Source of the DNA: Rhodothermales bacterium
GTDB lineage: Bacteria > Bacteroidota > Rhodothermia > Rhodothermales > JANQRZ01
Length of the DNA: 64,000 nucleotides
Assembly (NCBI GenBank): GCA_038232935.1
Contig: JBBSMX010000004.1
Coordinates: 2,512 to 66,511, forward strand
Reading direction: 5' to 3'
Shown: piece after piece, positions 1-9,265 of the stretch
Numbering within the stretch: the stretch's first letter is position 1
Layout: every line of letters starts with the position of its first letter
Program-made: the position numbers and the translations under genes
Notes under the pieces: model-generated
Database searches by the model: none
Told to the model about the DNA's origin: nothing
What the model saw: only the letters and a program-made list of their open reading frames with translations

Positions 1-1
1 C

Positions 2-1126
2 AACCTCCCCGACGACGGGCCGCTGCCCGAGCCGCGCAGCCTCGGCGACAGCTTCGGGGCCACGGGCACGTCGCTGCCCATCCTGCTCGCGCTCCCGTCC
101 GAGCGGCCGAGCGGGGGCAACGTCGCGCGCAACGGCACGGCCGCCCGCGCTACCCGCTACGCCTCCGCCTCCGTCACCCTCCCCGACGAGAACACCGGTG
201 CCGACGAACGCACGGTCGAGGTCGCCCAGCCGAAGTTCCGCATTGGGCTGGGGAGCGAGGCGTTACAGGAGTTCACTACGATTCAGATCGCCGACGTCGC
301 CCGCACCGAGTCGGGGCTGTTCGCGCTGCGCGAGGCGTTCATCCCGACGTGCCTGAGCATCGGCACCTCGCCCCGGCTGATGCAGATGGCGCGGCGGCTG
401 CTGGAGCTGCTCGTCGCCCGGAGTACGACGCTGGCCGAGCGCTGGCGCGGCGTCACGCAGCAGCGCGAGCTCTCGCCGGCCGATCTCACGGTGCTGGGAC
501 TCCACCTCGCCGCGAGCACGTACGTCCCCCTGCTGAGCCACCACCACGCCGGAGCCGGGAGCCACCCGGAGGCGCTCTACACGACGATGCTGGCACTCGG
601 CGGCCACCTCTCCGCCTTCACCCCCGGTGTCTCTACCGCGCCGCGCAATTATCCCGTCTACAACCACGCCGACCTCACGGCGTGCTTCGGCGCGCTCGAC
701 GCCATCCTGATGGAAGTGCTCGGCGGGGCCGGGCCGAAGGCGAACTACACCCGCGTCCCGCTCGAAGAGCAGCGGGAGAACCTCTACTTCGCGCGCCCCG
801 ACGGTGCCCTCCTGGAGAAGGCGCAGTTCTTCCTCATCGCTCGCACCGACGCGATCCCCGAGGCGCGGCTGTCGCAGGACCTCCCGCAGATGATCCGCGT
901 CGCCTCGCCGGACACCATCGACGCCGTGCTCCGCAGCTACACCCGTGCCCTGGGCGTGGACCACACGAATCGCCTGCCGTCCGGTGTCCCGATGGACGAC
1001 AAGGCCACGTACTTCCAGCTACAGAAGCGGGGGCCGTTCTGGGAAGCCATCCAGCAGAGCGGCGGCATCGCGCTCTTCATCCCCGCCGAGTTCAGCAGCC
1101 TGCAGATGGAGTTGATCGCCGCCTGA
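2..1126 (+). CDS. tssK: T6SS baseplate subunit TssK (ImpJ/VasE family), 5'-truncated by window edge
   Basis: Frame 2 has no stop from nt 2. The translated C-terminal part (..FIPTCLSIGTSPRLMQMARRLLELL.., ..YPVYNHADL.., ..FFLIARTD.., ..ATYFQLQKRGPFWEAI..GGIALFIPAEF..) looks like TssK. tssL begins 13 nt downstream. Confidence 0.85.
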   Translation, partial: NLPDDGPLPEPRSLGDSFGATGTSLPILLALPSERPSGGNVARNGTAARATRYASASVTLPDENTGADERTVEVAQPKFRIGLGSEALQEFTTIQIADVARTESGLFALREAFIPTCLSIGTSPRLMQMARRLLELLVARSTTLAERWRGVTQQRELSPADLTVLGLHLAASTYVPLLSHHHAGAGSHPEALYTTMLALGGHLSAFTPGVSTAPRNYPVYNHADLTACFGALDAILMEVLGGAGPKANYTRVPLEEQRENLYFARPDGALLEKAQFFLIARTDAIPEARLSQDLPQMIRVASPDTIDAVLRSYTRALGVDHTNRLPSGVPMDDKATYFQLQKRGPFWEAIQQSGGIALFIPAEFSSLQMELIAA

Positions 1127-1139
1127 CCCCGACGCAATC

Positions 1140-1865
1140 ATGAGCACGCGCACTGCGGATACGTCTTCCTTCTTTCGCACCGGCTTGGACGAGGCCGGCG
1201 GCCGGATGGAGGACGTCTACGCCCCGTGTTTCACGCTCGCCCTCCAGCTCCGCTCCGGCCAAGAGTTCGGCGATGCCGAGGTACTGCGCGGGCGGATCAA
1301 AGCGCTGCTGGAGAAGACGCGCCGTCAGGCGGAACGCACCGGCCTCGCCCCGGAGGACGTGCGCGAGGCCGAGTTCGCCCTCGTCGCCTTCCTCGACGAG
1401 ACGCTGCTCTCGTCGGACTGGAGCCAGAAGGACCGCTGGCTGGCCCGGCCGCTCCAGCTCGAGCTGTTCAACCGCTACGACGCGGGCGAAGAGTTCTTCC
1501 ACCGGCTCGATGGGCTCCGCGCGAACCCGAGCCTCCACGCCGAGGTGCTGGAGGTGTACTACCTCTGCATGGCCCTCGGCTTCAAGGGCAAGTACCAGCT
1601 CCACGGGCAGGAAGAGCTGCGCGGGCTGATCGAGGAGACGTACGCCGAGGTGGCGAAGCAGCCGGGCATGAAGACGACCGCGCTCGCCCCACACGGCAAG
1701 CCCCGCGACACCGTCGCCGCCGAGGTCGGCACCAAGGTGCCGGCGTGGGTGCTCGTGGTGGCGGCACTCGTGCTCGGGCTCCTCACCTACCTCGGCATGA
1801 GCGTCTACATCTCCAACACCGCCTCCGACGTAGCCCAGGACATCGAAGTCGTGATGCGTGAGTGA
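1140..1865 (+). CDS. tssL: T6SS membrane subunit TssL (DotU family)
   Basis: DotU-like cytoplasmic domain (FALVAFLDETLL, YYLCMALGFKGKY) followed by one C-terminal TM helix (VPAWVLVVAALVLGLLTYLGMSVYI). Lies between tssK and tssM. Confidence 0.9.
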   Translation: MSTRTADTSSFFRTGLDEAGGRMEDVYAPCFTLALQLRSGQEFGDAEVLRGRIKALLEKTRRQAERTGLAPEDVREAEFALVAFLDETLLSSDWSQKDRWLARPLQLELFNRYDAGEEFFHRLDGLRANPSLHAEVLEVYYLCMALGFKGKYQLHGQEELRGLIEETYAEVAKQPGMKTTALAPHGKPRDTVAAEVGTKVPAWVLVVAALVLGLLTYLGMSVYISNTASDVAQDIEVVMRE

Positions 1866-1887
1866 TGCGGGATGCGTGATACGTGAG
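1851..1887. repeat. Imperfect inverted copies of the heptamer array, overlapping the tssL stop codon
   Basis: gtgatgcgtgagtgatgcgggatgcgtgatacgtgag. gtgatgcgtg is the exact reverse complement of cacgcatcac, which recurs in the 1981-2015 array. Confidence 0.7.
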
Positions 1888-1980
1888 GGTGCCGTGGCGA
1901 GCGTCGCACCTTCGTTTTGCTTATTGCATATGCCAAAGCGCTACTCAACGTGACGAGCGGAAGGGGGCCCAACTAATTTC

Positions 1981-2015
1981 ACGCATCACGCATCACGCAT
2001 CACGCATCACGCATC
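1981..2015. repeat. Tandem heptamer repeat (ACGCATC)x5 in the tssL-tssM spacer
   Basis: Five perfect head-to-tail copies of acgcatc read directly from the sequence. They sit in an unusually long (235 nt) gap inside an otherwise tight operon. Confidence 0.95.
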
Positions 2016-2100
2016 ACCTCGCCCTCTCGAAGCACCGCGCTACCCCATCTTCCCCCTACCCGAACCTCTTCCCCCTGCCCGAACCGCAAACGCCGAATCC

Positions 2101-5100
2101 ATGAAGTGGCTGTTTAAGATCTTTACGAGCCGGGGCTTTCTGATCGGGCTGGGGTTCGTAATACTGGTGGCGCTCGTGCTGCTGGGCGGCCTCGTGATGG
2201 AGTGGTCGCTCGTGGTGACGGGGCTCGTGCTCGCCATCGTCCTGCTCGTGGTGGGCCTCGTGGTGATGATGGTGCAGATGCGGGCGACGAAGGCGGCGAG
2301 CGGAATCGAGCACCAGATCATGGCGCAGGCCCACGCGCAGCAGCTCAGCGTCCGGCCCGATCAGCAGGCCGAGATCGAGCGGCTCCAGCAGGACCTCGAG
2401 CGCGCCATCGAGACGCTCAAGCAGTCGAAGCTCGGCAAGAAGGGGTGGCGGCCGGGCGGTGGCAAGGCCGCGCTCTACGCTCTCCCGTGGTACCTCTTCA
2501 TCGGCCCGCCCGGCGCGGGCAAGACGACGGCCATCGCCAACTCCGGCCTCAACTTCCCCGTCGGCACCGACCGCGTGCGCGGCGTCGGCGGCACGCGCAA
2601 CTGCGACTGGTTCTTCACCGACCAGGCGATCCTGCTCGACACGGCAGGCCGCTACGTCACCGAGGCCGAGGACTCGGAGGAGTGGCTGGCTTTTCTCGAC
2701 ACGCTCAAGAAGCACCGCAAGGAGCGGCCCATCAACGGCGTCCTCGTCGGCATCGCCCTCGACGAGTTGGCCGGGGCCTCGGCCGCCGAGGTGGAGCGCC
2801 ACGCCGAGCAGGTCCGCGCCCGCGTGGACGAGCTCATCAAGCACCTCGGCATCCGCTTTCCCATCTACCTCCTCTTCACGAAGGCGGACCTGCTGCAGGG
2901 CTTCGTCGAGTTCTTCGGCGAGTTCGGGCGGAAGGAGCGCGAGGTGATGTGGGGGGCCACGCTCGACAGCGAGCAGCAGCGGGATCCCAACCTCCGCGCC
3001 GTCTTCGAGAAGGAGTTCGACACGCTGGCCGAGGCGCTCTCGGGCTTCCGCTCGCGGCGGCTGCGGCGGGCGATGAAGCGCGAGGACCGCAAGCTCGTCT
3101 ACAACTTCCCGCTCCAGTTCGCCACGGTGAAGGACAACCTCGCGCACTTCGTGGAGGGCCTCTTCCAGCCGAACCCGTACCAGGAGACCCCGATCTTCCG
3201 GGGGTTCTACTTCTCCAGCGGTACGCAGGAGGGCGTCCCCATCGACCTCGTCATTCGCGCCATCGAGGCCGAGTTCGGCCTCCCGCCCGAGGTGACCCCG
3301 CTCGATTCCGGGACGGAGGCGAAGAGCTACTTCATCAAAGACGTCTTCACCGACGTCATCGTGCCGGACCGCTTCCTAGCGCGGCGGACCTCGCGGGCGT
3401 CCACGCAGCAGCGGCTCGCCAAAGCCGGCACCTCCGTCGCGGCCGTAGTGGGCCTCCTCCTCTTTCTGGCCGCCACGTCGCAGGCGCTCGTCCGCAGCAA
3501 GCACGATCTCGGGAACGTGCAGGCCGCCGCCGCCGCCGCCGCGACCGTGCGGTGGGACGGGAGCGAGCCGCGCGACGAGGACCTCGCGCGCGTCGATAGT
3601 CTGCGGACCGAGATCGAGCGGCTCGAAGGCGGGCCGCCGCTGCTGCAACTCGGCCTCAACCGGCGCGGGGCCGTGCTGGAACCGGCCCGCCGGCTCTACC
3701 GCGCCCGCACCCGCGACTTCGTCGAGGCGTACCCCTTCGCCGTGCTCCGGCGGCAGCTCGGCAGCGTGCCCTCCATCGAGACGAATCCGACCGCCCGGCA
3801 GCGCACCTACGACGAGCTCAAGGCGTACCTGCTGCTGACGACGGACACCGGGCGGATCGCCGAAGAGCCGGAGGCGAACTTCCTCCGCCAGTACCTCATC
3901 GCGGTCACCCGCGAAGCCCTCTACGGCCCCGACTCCACGGCCGTCCTGCCGTCCGCCGCCGTCCTGATCGACGAGCAGATGGCGGCCTTCGTCGAGGGGC
4001 TGCGCGGGGGCGTGATCGCTCCGTTCGAGGCGGACGAGCGTACCGTCACGCGCGTCCGCGCGCTCATCTACGAGCAACCGACGATTGCAGGCGTCTACGC
4101 CCGGATCCGCAGCGAGGGCAACGCGACGCTCCCCGAGTTCCGCCTCGCCGATGCGATCCCCGGCCGCTTCCTCGGGATGTTTCAGACGGGCAGCGAGGAG
4201 GCAGAGGGGCTCGGCGGTCCGCGTGTGCCGGGCTTCTTCACCCAGCGCGGCTGGAGTGAGTACGTCGAAGACACCTTCAAAGAGGAGAGCGAGGACCCGT
4301 CCCGCGACGATTGGGTGATGGGCCGGACCGCCGGTGAGCTGCCGCCCGAGATGATGGACAGCGCGCTGATGCTCGAACGCCTTCAAGCGACGTACTTCGC
4401 CGAGTATGCCGCGGCGTGGCAGCAGTTCATGCGCAACGTGCGGTACAACGCCTTCGGCGACGCCCGCGCTGCCGTCCGCACCCTCGACGATCTCTCGAAC
4501 ACGACCGACTCGCCGCTGCTTTACCTGCTCGCCACCATCACCAACCAGACGACTTTTGCCAGCGCGCTGCCGGGTGGCGATCTCGCCAATGACGTAGTCT
4601 CTGCTGCCCGGCAGCGAGTGAACCGGGCGGCTCGGCGCGTCATCGGCGGTCGGACCGATGCGGGGCTGGGGGGAGAGGAGGGAAGTACGAATCCCGTGGA
4701 GCGGCAGTTCGCCGGGCTCCACGCGCTCCAGGCGCAGCAGGCCGCGAGCGGCGGCGCGTCGCCCGAACTGTACCAGGCGCTCGAAAGCCTCGGGCAGGTG
4801 TCCGGGGTGCTCGGCGGTGCCGCGGCCGACCCGGCGCAGGCCGCCGAGTTCGCTGCCACCGTAATCAGTCAGAACGGAGGCGAGTTCGACAACGCGCTCC
4901 GCTCGATCCGGGGTGGGCTCCGCCGCCTCGACGCGGACGTCCGGCGGACGCTGTTCGAGGAGCCCGTCGCCGTGGCGTGGGGGTCGATCCTCAACGAAGC
5001 GCAGCGCCACCTCAACGACCGGTGGCGCGAGGAGGTCGTCGCGCCGTTCCAGTCCACCCTCGCCGGGCGCTATCCCTTCGATTCGAACAGCCAGCAGGAG

Positions 5101-5721
5101 GCGCCGCTCGGCGACTTCGAGCGGTTCTTCCGCCCGCGCGACGGCACGCTCGCCGTGTTCTACGACGGGGCGCTCGCGCCGTACCTCACCCGCGACGGCC
5201 GCCCGCGCGCGTGGGAAGGGCGCTCCATCGGCTTATCGGCTCGGACTGAGGCCGCGCTCGAGCAGGCCCGGGAAATCGGTGAAGCCCTCTTCAGCGGCGG
5301 TGCGCTCCGGCTCGACTTCGAGATGCAGGCCGACGTGCCGGAGCGCGAAGGCAGCGCGCCGCCCGCGAGCCAGGTCTTCATCTCCATCCACGGGCAGGAC
5401 GACGCGTACCGGATGGGCTCGTACCGGCCGTGGACGCCGTTCTCGTGGCCGGGCCGTCCCGGCGCGCTCCTCTCCATCTCCACGCAGCAGGGCGATCTCC
5501 CGGCCAAACAGTTCACCGGCGACTGGGCGCTCTTCCGGCTCTTGCAGGAGGCGCAGGTGCGGCGCGAATCCTCGACCCAGTACGATCTGAGTTGGCCGTT
5601 CCGGCAGCCCGGCAGCTACACCCTCACCGCGCGCTATACGCTCCGCGCAAAGAGCGCGTCGGCACCGTTCGGCAACCCCGGCCGGTTCTTCACCTTCGAG
5701 CCCCCGCCGACGCTGAACTGA
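2101..5721 (+). CDS. tssM: T6SS membrane subunit TssM (IcmF family)
   Basis: 1206 aa. N-terminal TM helices, Walker A GPPGAGKTT, and IcmF-like length and C-terminal region. Synteny with tssL. Confidence 0.92.
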   Translation: MKWLFKIFTSRGFLIGLGFVILVALVLLGGLVMEWSLVVTGLVLAIVLLVVGLVVMMVQMRATKAASGIEHQIMAQAHAQQLSVRPDQQAEIERLQQDLERAIETLKQSKLGKKGWRPGGGKAALYALPWYLFIGPPGAGKTTAIANSGLNFPVGTDRVRGVGGTRNCDWFFTDQAILLDTAGRYVTEAEDSEEWLAFLDTLKKHRKERPINGVLVGIALDELAGASAAEVERHAEQVRARVDELIKHLGIRFPIYLLFTKADLLQGFVEFFGEFGRKEREVMWGATLDSEQQRDPNLRAVFEKEFDTLAEALSGFRSRRLRRAMKREDRKLVYNFPLQFATVKDNLAHFVEGLFQPNPYQETPIFRGFYFSSGTQEGVPIDLVIRAIEAEFGLPPEVTPLDSGTEAKSYFIKDVFTDVIVPDRFLARRTSRASTQQRLAKAGTSVAAVVGLLLFLAATSQALVRSKHDLGNVQAAAAAAATVRWDGSEPRDEDLARVDSLRTEIERLEGGPPLLQLGLNRRGAVLEPARRLYRARTRDFVEAYPFAVLRRQLGSVPSIETNPTARQRTYDELKAYLLLTTDTGRIAEEPEANFLRQYLIAVTREALYGPDSTAVLPSAAVLIDEQMAAFVEGLRGGVIAPFEADERTVTRVRALIYEQPTIAGVYARIRSEGNATLPEFRLADAIPGRFLGMFQTGSEEAEGLGGPRVPGFFTQRGWSEYVEDTFKEESEDPSRDDWVMGRTAGELPPEMMDSALMLERLQATYFAEYAAAWQQFMRNVRYNAFGDARAAVRTLDDLSNTTDSPLLYLLATITNQTTFASALPGGDLANDVVSAARQRVNRAARRVIGGRTDAGLGGEEGSTNPVERQFAGLHALQAQQAASGGASPELYQALESLGQVSGVLGGAAADPAQAAEFAATVISQNGGEFDNALRSIRGGLRRLDADVRRTLFEEPVAVAWGSILNEAQRHLNDRWREEVVAPFQSTLAGRYPFDSNSQQEAPLGDFERFFRPRDGTLAVFYDGALAPYLTRDGRPRAWEGRSIGLSARTEAALEQAREIGEALFSGGALRLDFEMQADVPEREGSAPPASQVFISIHGQDDAYRMGSYRPWTPFSWPGRPGALLSISTQQGDLPAKQFTGDWALFRLLQEAQVRRESSTQYDLSWPFRQPGSYTLTARYTLRAKSASAPFGNPGRFFTFEPPPTLN

Positions 5722-5805
5722 TTGTAGGGGTAGGGAAGGGCGGGGGTGTGAGGTACGACACCCGAACGCCCGCCTCCCAAACACCACCTCCCAACGCTCT
5801 GACCC

Positions 5806-6771
5806 ATGCAAGCGGATTCCCCCGGCGCGTCGTGCTTCGGCAAGCTGCCGGCCCACGGCGATTTCATTCGCTATAACGCGAGCGGACGGGCCATGCAGGC
5901 CTTCGATGCCTGGGTCCAGAAGGGGGTTATGGAGGCGCGCAATCAGCTCGGGCCGGATCTCGTCGCCGCCTTCGAAGAGGCCCGGCCGACCTGCTTCTTT
6001 ATCGACGTACCGAACGCGCCGCACATTCTCGCCGGGGCGTTCCGCCCGAGCCGGGACCGGTCGGGGCGACGCTACCCCTTTCTCGTCGCTGTCGAGGTGG
6101 AGAAGCGGCACGTGGAGGGGCGGCGGATTCCGGCGTGGCCGGACCGGTACGCGTCGTTCTATCAGGCCGCCGCTGCGCTCGTGGACGACGCCGTGAGCGA
6201 GCGGCTCGCCGAGGGCGACCTGGCCGGGCGGCTCCAGACCCTACGTGCGGGCTACGACGCCACGCCGTTCCCGGTGGACTACGAGTTCCGGATGCGCCAG
6301 ACTTCGGCGCAAGAACTCTGGACCCGGACGTGGGGCGATCCCGAGGACGGGCGTAAGTACGTCTTGCTCAAGAACCTCACGGAGACGATGGAGCGGATGA
6401 CGAACGGCCGCACGGTGAAGCTGCACGCCGCACTCCGGCTCCCGCTCCCCAACCCCGTGCGCGGACTCGACGTGAGCTTCTGGCTGGAGGCGTGCTGGCG
6501 ACTGCTCGGCACGACGCCTGACGCGCCTGCCTTTTTCTGGACGGCCCCCGAGGCGAGCGAGCCCATGCTGCTGGTGGCGTCCGCGCCGCCGCCAGCTGGC
6601 ATCTTCCCCCACCTTCTCGCCATGCCCTCGGACAACGGCGTCTTCACTCTCGACGATGCGGCGGGGCAGCCCACCGCGCTCGCCGCGCTCGCCCTCCCGG
6701 CCCGCTACGGCACCCTCCTCGAAGACGACGCCCTCTCGCTCCACGCCTTCATCCAACGCCTCAGCCCGTGA
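5806..6771 (+). CDS. tagF: T6SS-associated regulator TagF (ImpM/DUF2094 family)
   Basis: N-terminal CFGKLPAHGDFIRYN motif typical of TagF. 321 aa. Positioned directly after tssM. Confidence 0.8.
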   Translation: MQADSPGASCFGKLPAHGDFIRYNASGRAMQAFDAWVQKGVMEARNQLGPDLVAAFEEARPTCFFIDVPNAPHILAGAFRPSRDRSGRRYPFLVAVEVEKRHVEGRRIPAWPDRYASFYQAAAALVDDAVSERLAEGDLAGRLQTLRAGYDATPFPVDYEFRMRQTSAQELWTRTWGDPEDGRKYVLLKNLTETMERMTNGRTVKLHAALRLPLPNPVRGLDVSFWLEACWRLLGTTPDAPAFFWTAPEASEPMLLVASAPPPAGIFPHLLAMPSDNGVFTLDDAAGQPTALAALALPARYGTLLEDDALSLHAFIQRLSP

Positions 6772-8543
6772 GGCGCGATTACGTCGCGGTAGAAACGCAG
6801 CACCATTCCGTCTCCACCGCGAACACCGCGCTCCCAACCTCTCGACCTATGGCCGACGACCTCGAAGCCCCCGTCACCGAAGCCCCCGCTGCGGAAGATT
6901 CCGCCCCCGAAGCCCCGGACCCCTCCGACGCCGAGGCTCTCGACCCCGACCCTCCCGCCGAGGCCCCCGTTCTCTCTCCGTTCCTCCAGGCTGTCCGCGC
7001 GCCCATCTCGGCGTCGAACCCCGTCGGCGACGACGTGAAATACGAGGACAGCTTCCAGCAGCTCAAGACGGAGGTGGACAAGGTCCAGAGCGCGGGTGCC
7101 GACGCCGATTTCGACCGCATCGTCGAACTCGGGCGACGGGTGTTGACGACGCAGTCGAAAGACCTCACGGTGGCGGCCTATCTCGGCCTCGGCCTCGTCC
7201 GCACGCAAGGGATCGATGGCGTGGCCGAGAGCGCGGAAGCCGTCCGCATTCTCTGCGAGACGTTCTGGGAAGACCTCTATCCGCCCACGCGGCGGATGGT
7301 CGCCCGCAAGAACGCGCTCCAGCTCCTCATCGACCGCACGCTCGAGTGGGTCGAACCGCAGAAGCCGACGAAGAGCGATGGTGCCGCGCTGGACCGCGCA
7401 CTCGAAGGATACAAAGCAATTCAGGCGCTTGCTACGGAGAAGATGGGGGAGGACGCGCCCGTCCTCAGCAGGATCGTGAAGCTGCTGGAGGCGAAGGTCC
7501 GTGCCGTGCCCAAAGACGCCCCGCCGCCCCCGCCGTCCGCCGCCGGCCCCGCCGCTGATGGTGCCGCGCCCCGGCCGGCCGGCGCTACGGCAGGAGCTAC
7601 CGCCGACCCGGCCGAACTCCGCTCGCCGACGCAGGCGGGCGGGGTCGTGCTGAGCGCAGCGGCCTTTCTGCGTCAGCACAACAAGACGGACCCCACGCCG
7701 TTCCGCCTCGTCCGAGCGCTCCGCTGGGGGGCGCTCGCCGTAGCCCCGCCTTCGGAGAACGGGAAAACGCTCATCCCCCCGTTCATCAAGGAGCGGAAGA
7801 CGTACCTCAGCGGGCTGCTCGACCGCGCGCAGTTCGCTGAGCTTGCGGACGAGACCGAGAAATCTTTCCCCGAGCAGCCCTTCTGGCTGGATCTCCAACG
7901 CTACCTCGTCACGGCGATGGATGCGCTGGGGACGCCGTTCGCCGTGGCACGCGACGCCGTCGTGGAAGACATCGTCGGGCTCATCCGCCGGTTCCCGGAC
8001 CTGGGGTCGCTTACCTTCAGTGACGGAGCGCCCTTCGCCGACGCGGCCACGCAGGAATGGATCGAGGTCCGTATCCGACCCGCGCTCCAGGGCGGTGGGG
8101 GTAATGCGGTCCGCGCGGCAACGGACGGGGAGGCCGGCGAGATCGAGGTCCAGTACGCCGAGGCCCGGAAGCACCTCGCGAAAGGCGACCTCGCCGCTGC
8201 CGTCACGGCGCTCGGCGAAGGCCCCGACGCATCGGGCCGCGACCGCTTCCGCCGCAGGCTCTACCTCGCTGCCCTCTGCACGCGCGGCGGTCGCCCCGCC
8301 GTCGCCCGTCCCCTCCTCGAACAGCTCGATGCGGAGATCGATGCGCACCGCCTCGACACGTGGGCACCGGGCCTCGCGCTCGAAGTCTGGACGGCGCTGC
8401 ACGGGTGTTACGGAGCCATTCAGCGAAGCGCGCCCGCCGAACAAAAAATCGCCCTCGGACAGGCGGCTGACCGGGTTTTTGACAAGGTCTGTGCCGCCGA
8501 TCCGTCGCGTGCGCTCGCGATGCTGGAGTCGAGCCAGCGGTAA
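6768..8543 (+). CDS. tssA: T6SS protein TssA (ImpA N-terminal domain family)
   Basis: ImpA_N-like signature PISASNPVGDDVKYEDSFQQLKTEVDK. A GTG at 6768 overlaps the tagF stop (GTGA). The alternative ATG start at 6849 (MADDLEAP..) is equally plausible. Confidence 0.8.
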   Translation: MRRDYVAVETQHHSVSTANTALPTSRPMADDLEAPVTEAPAAEDSAPEAPDPSDAEALDPDPPAEAPVLSPFLQAVRAPISASNPVGDDVKYEDSFQQLKTEVDKVQSAGADADFDRIVELGRRVLTTQSKDLTVAAYLGLGLVRTQGIDGVAESAEAVRILCETFWEDLYPPTRRMVARKNALQLLIDRTLEWVEPQKPTKSDGAALDRALEGYKAIQALATEKMGEDAPVLSRIVKLLEAKVRAVPKDAPPPPPSAAGPAADGAAPRPAGATAGATADPAELRSPTQAGGVVLSAAAFLRQHNKTDPTPFRLVRALRWGALAVAPPSENGKTLIPPFIKERKTYLSGLLDRAQFAELADETEKSFPEQPFWLDLQRYLVTAMDALGTPFAVARDAVVEDIVGLIRRFPDLGSLTFSDGAPFADAATQEWIEVRIRPALQGGGGNAVRAATDGEAGEIEVQYAEARKHLAKGDLAAAVTALGEGPDASGRDRFRRRLYLAALCTRGGRPAVARPLLEQLDAEIDAHRLDTWAPGLALEVWTALHGCYGAIQRSAPAEQKIALGQAADRVFDKVCAADPSRALAMLESSQR

Positions 8544-8559
8544 TAAAGTCTAAACGCCC

Positions 8560-8600
8560 AAGGCCCTTGCACTTCGTCAAAATTTATATACCTTCTCCAT
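8560..8600 (+). promoter_or_regulatory. AT-rich patch upstream of tssB; candidate promoter region
   Basis: ttgcacttcgtcaaaatttatatacc stands out against the GC-rich background. No canonical -35/-10 spacing and no sigma-54 GG-N10-GC could be fitted. Confidence 0.25.
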
Positions 8601-8696
8601 CCCCCCGCAAGCACTTGAGGATGAGTTACTTCGTGCGTATCGTGCTCCCCAGGCCCCTTCCGCCCTTTTTAGTCCTTACTCAGAGGTAGAACCCCC

Positions 8697-9218
8697 ATGG
8701 CTCAGAGCTTTCAACGTGAGAAACCCCCCGCCCGCGTCAACCTCTTCTTGGAGGTGTCCAAAGGCGACTCCCAGCAGAAGATCGAGCTGCCGATGCGGCT
8801 GATGGTCCTAGGCGATTACAAGGGCCGCGCGGACAGCACCCCGCTCGCCGAGCGCGAACTCATCAACCTCAACAAGGACAACTTCGAATCCGTCCTCAAG
8901 TCGATGGATGCGAAGCTCGAGTACGCCGTCCCGGACACGTTCAAGGGCGGGGATGCGGAAATGAAGGTCGACATCGACATCAACTCGATGAAGTCGTTCG
9001 ATCCGGAGGAGGTGGCCAAGCAGGTGCCGCAGCTCAACCGGATGCTGGCGATGCGGAACCTCTTGCAGGACCTCCGGAACCGCGTCGTCTCCGCCAACGA
9101 TTTCCGGAAGCAACTCGAAGGCATCGTCAAGGACGAAGCGGCCCTCGAACGGCTCGCCGCCGAACTCGACCAGTTCGTACCGAAGCCGGCCGCCGACTCC
9201 GAAGCCGACGAGGCCTAA
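8697..9218 (+). CDS. tssB: T6SS sheath small subunit TssB (VipA)
   Basis: 173 aa. PPARVNLFLEV.., ELPMRLMVLGDY.., MKSFDPEEVAKQVPQLNRMLAMRNLL are typical TssB blocks. Confidence 0.93.
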   Translation: MAQSFQREKPPARVNLFLEVSKGDSQQKIELPMRLMVLGDYKGRADSTPLAERELINLNKDNFESVLKSMDAKLEYAVPDTFKGGDAEMKVDIDINSMKSFDPEEVAKQVPQLNRMLAMRNLLQDLRNRVVSANDFRKQLEGIVKDEAALERLAAELDQFVPKPAADSEADEA

Positions 9219-9265
9219 CCCGCTCTCCTTTATTCCGCTCACGACTAGACCTACGTAACCGCATC

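Noticed and set aside
1981-2015. Possible CRISPR or minisatellite nature of the heptamer array.
   Set aside because: The units are 7 nt with no spacers, so this is not a CRISPR array. It is kept only as a simple tandem repeat.
1883-2104. 73-aa ORF spanning the tssL-tssM spacer (contains ITHHASRITHH).
   Set aside because: The peptide repeat is just the translation of the ACGCATC heptamer array. There is no start context and no resemblance to any protein family.
3376-5010. Long antisense or off-frame ORFs throughout the window. Examples: 2056-3147 -, 3376-5010 -, 6705-8444 -, 12011-13735 -, 14853-16436 -, 24226-26811 -, 29334-30824 -, 61681-63840 +.
   Set aside because: These are typical shadow ORFs of high-GC DNA. 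Their translations are Arg/Gly/Pro/Ala-rich low-complexity strings with no family resemblance. Each lies opposite to, or overlapping, a frame with clear homology-type motifs.
8544-8696. Sigma-54 (GG-N10-GC) promoter upstream of tssB, as found in several T6SS loci.
   Set aside because: ggcccttgcac looks superficially similar, but the GG/GC spacing does not fit the -24/-12 consensus. The same is true of gtggcacttgcac on the minus strand near 61530.
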